Below the pieces are notes generated by a model. That model saw only the letters and a program-made list of their open reading frames with translations, did not search any database and had not been told where the DNA came from. The position numbers were made by a program, and so were the translations under genes. From assembly GCA_002633005.1 (NCBI GenBank), contig NMRA01000178.1, forward strand, positions 348,062 through 412,061: a stretch of DNA of 64,000 nt, in the 5' to 3' direction. Positions 61,701 to 64,000 of this stretch are shown here, piece by piece. The stretch comes from Phoronis australis. Taxonomy: Eukaryota; Animalia; Phoronida. The first letter of the stretch is position 1, and each line of letters opens with the position of its first letter.

Positions 61701-64000
61701 ACAACGGTATCAGTGACAAGCTAAAAATTCATTTCATCTACGCCAAGTGTTCGAAATATCAAACAACCTGTTAAAGTTTTCCAAATTATCATTTTGTGTT
61801 CGTCTTGAGCAACTTTTGAATTTTTCCATAAAATCGCGAAACTCCTATTTTTGATAACCCCTCATGCGTAAAGTGAGAAACTTAAAAACACATCTCAAAA
61901 GCGTTTCGGTGAACAACGCCAAAAGCACAAAATCAGGAAGCTCCATGCTAATCCGATATCCCATTTCTGCGGTGATACTAGTTTGAATCTAAATCAATGT
62001 TAACCTTACTTGCGTGCTGCAATCAAAGAGGAATGACGGATCGACTTGAAGAAACCGTACATATGAATGATGTTGGGTTTTGACTTACCGCATTGGGTAA
62101 CGCCTCGACCTTACACGCAACTAGCACAACATTCACGTCTCAACCTGAGTGACGTCGGAACGAATAATAAATGTGACAAGTTGTTACTACACATCCATTT
62201 GCGAAACAAGTGTGTAAGAACGCGTGAACTGGGCAATTTCAAACAATTTGTAATTCGATTGATTACATGTCTATTTCAACTCCTTTGTCTTGATTTGTAC
62301 GCAATGAACGCTGGCCAGTGGCAGTTCGAGGTATTTGTGCATACTGTTTACAGCAGCTCGACGGCTTGATGTGTCAACGTGCAGACTGCTGCGGTCATAA
62401 TTAGGAAATAAAAATAAATTTTCATTACGTGGAGGTGTTGAACTGAACTTGACAGCGAGCCACCAAACACTTGTAGTAAATACTGGAACTAAGAATTGGA
62501 CAACAGCGAAGTAATGCTTTAGTTCGACAGGTTCACGGATCATTCGTTTTTAAATTTCACCGAGTGTTAAAATTCTGAATACTAGAACTCTACGTAGAAT
62601 AAGTTGGACTGTGAACTGACTATTAAGAAATAATTAAACGGTTTATTAGTCTCTGGTTGATGTCAAGCCCACAGAGGGGCCCTAATAACCGCTAAATCTG
62701 TTTCGTAACTGCATTAGGTTCATCGCAACTTTTCAAGGAAGTGGTTTACGAACAAAAATAAGTGTCCGTAATCAACTAAAGAATCTTTGAAATAGCAACA
62801 TAGATTAGCCAACTAGAAATCCACAAGAGTTTCGAGTTTCAATTATTTCAAAAAATTCTCAATTAGTTAGTGTAAGCGGTTCCAAGTGTCCGTGAACATC
62901 AATCTCAATCTCGTAGTGAAGACATTGGTTAATTAGAAAAAGTGCAATTTAAAAGCATAGTTCCGGACTATCCCGTCAAACTTCATAAAATGGTAAATAA
63001 AAATTAGGATCAAAAGCTCACCCTACCTCTCATTTACAATGAAGTGACTCGAAATGTGAGACTGACTGATGACATCAATACCAAAAAAGAAGTGAAAATT
63101 GACAACACAAACGGATATAGAAGACAGACGCTTACTTATTATGGAAGCTTCGATAGTCGGCAAGTTAACACCAGTTTTTAGTATATGTGGATTCAGGGGA
63201 CGTGTTACCCATGCGTAACCATACAAACAGAAAGAAAAACGAAACCGCTTTATCTTTTTGTTGCCTCGAACGTTTGTCCTCCAGAAATTATGGTGGCACC
63301 TTGTGTGTCATATAACCCTCTGCGACACCTTGGATCGGCTAGTCTGCAGGCGGATTCCAATTCTGACAAAAAGTGTACGTGTTCAACGCCACGCTCGCAG
63401 CCGTGCTAATCACAACGAAACTTCGTAGCAAAGCCATTTGGCCTTTAGTAAAACAAGGAAACATTTACAATAAATCAAGATAATTATCGGTATCAAATTG
63501 GATAAAACATGCGATTTCACGTCACAACGGGCAGCGAACGTTCAAGTTGTCTTATTAGGCCAAAGAGAAGATTGTAATAGATAACTGCCTGCGCTTTTTG
63601 AAAATTGATGCGGTGATGTGGTATTTTTTGGTTGTCCAAAATGATCCACTTTTTGACAAGTGATTTTTCAGCAACGTATGAACCAATTTTTTGAAATTTC
63701 TTACACATGAGCCAAAGGCTATCATCAACAAATATACAAAATATCAAAGAGATTTATGTCCAATTGTGCGAGTACTGTCAAATTAAATACACCAGGCCAA
63801 GAAATAAACTATCAAAGGGAAGCCCACTTATTTCAGTCTATATTCAATGTGGCCTCCATCCTCCTCCACGACTTAACGGATCCGTTTGTTCCAACCAGAA
63901 ATACTTTTCTGTGTTTCTTCCATCGAGATTTCCTCCCATGACATAATTATCCTGTCTTTTAACTCGTGCTCAGTGAATTTACCTCTCATTTCCCGGTAAA

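Overview
AT-rich, repeat-dense animal genomic DNA, most likely a lophotrochozoan/mollusc-type invertebrate (inferred from gene and repeat types). It is a draft assembly with single-N joins at 15470, 22625, 25325, 43027 and 50740. Two host genes are supported, both on the minus strand. (1) The first two coding exons (12494-12631 and 5189-5332) of a chromodomain protein closely resembling MPP8/MPHOSPH8; the gene continues toward or past the left edge. (2) An intact 353-aa rhodopsin-class neuropeptide GPCR of the myosuppressin/myomodulin/dmsr-like group (40170-41231). The rest is mostly transposon debris. It includes three copies of a ~1.63-kb Kolobok deletion derivative (THAP + KolX stubs, TTAA TSDs), all inserted in tandem-repeat arrays, and a second Kolobok family. 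There is also a ~4.5-kb ISL2EU-like element with SAP/YqaJ remnants and a 668-bp foldback near its left end. Other repeats are a Helentron/DINE-like element with eight co-oriented CTCF-like motifs upstream of the GPCR, a Penelope-type minimal hammerhead motif, several MITE families, tRNA-derived SINEs, and L1/Tx1 and HIRAN remnants. All protein-family calls are motif recognition by eye, not database searches. No prokaryotic system, CRISPR array, rRNA or genuine tRNA gene was seen.
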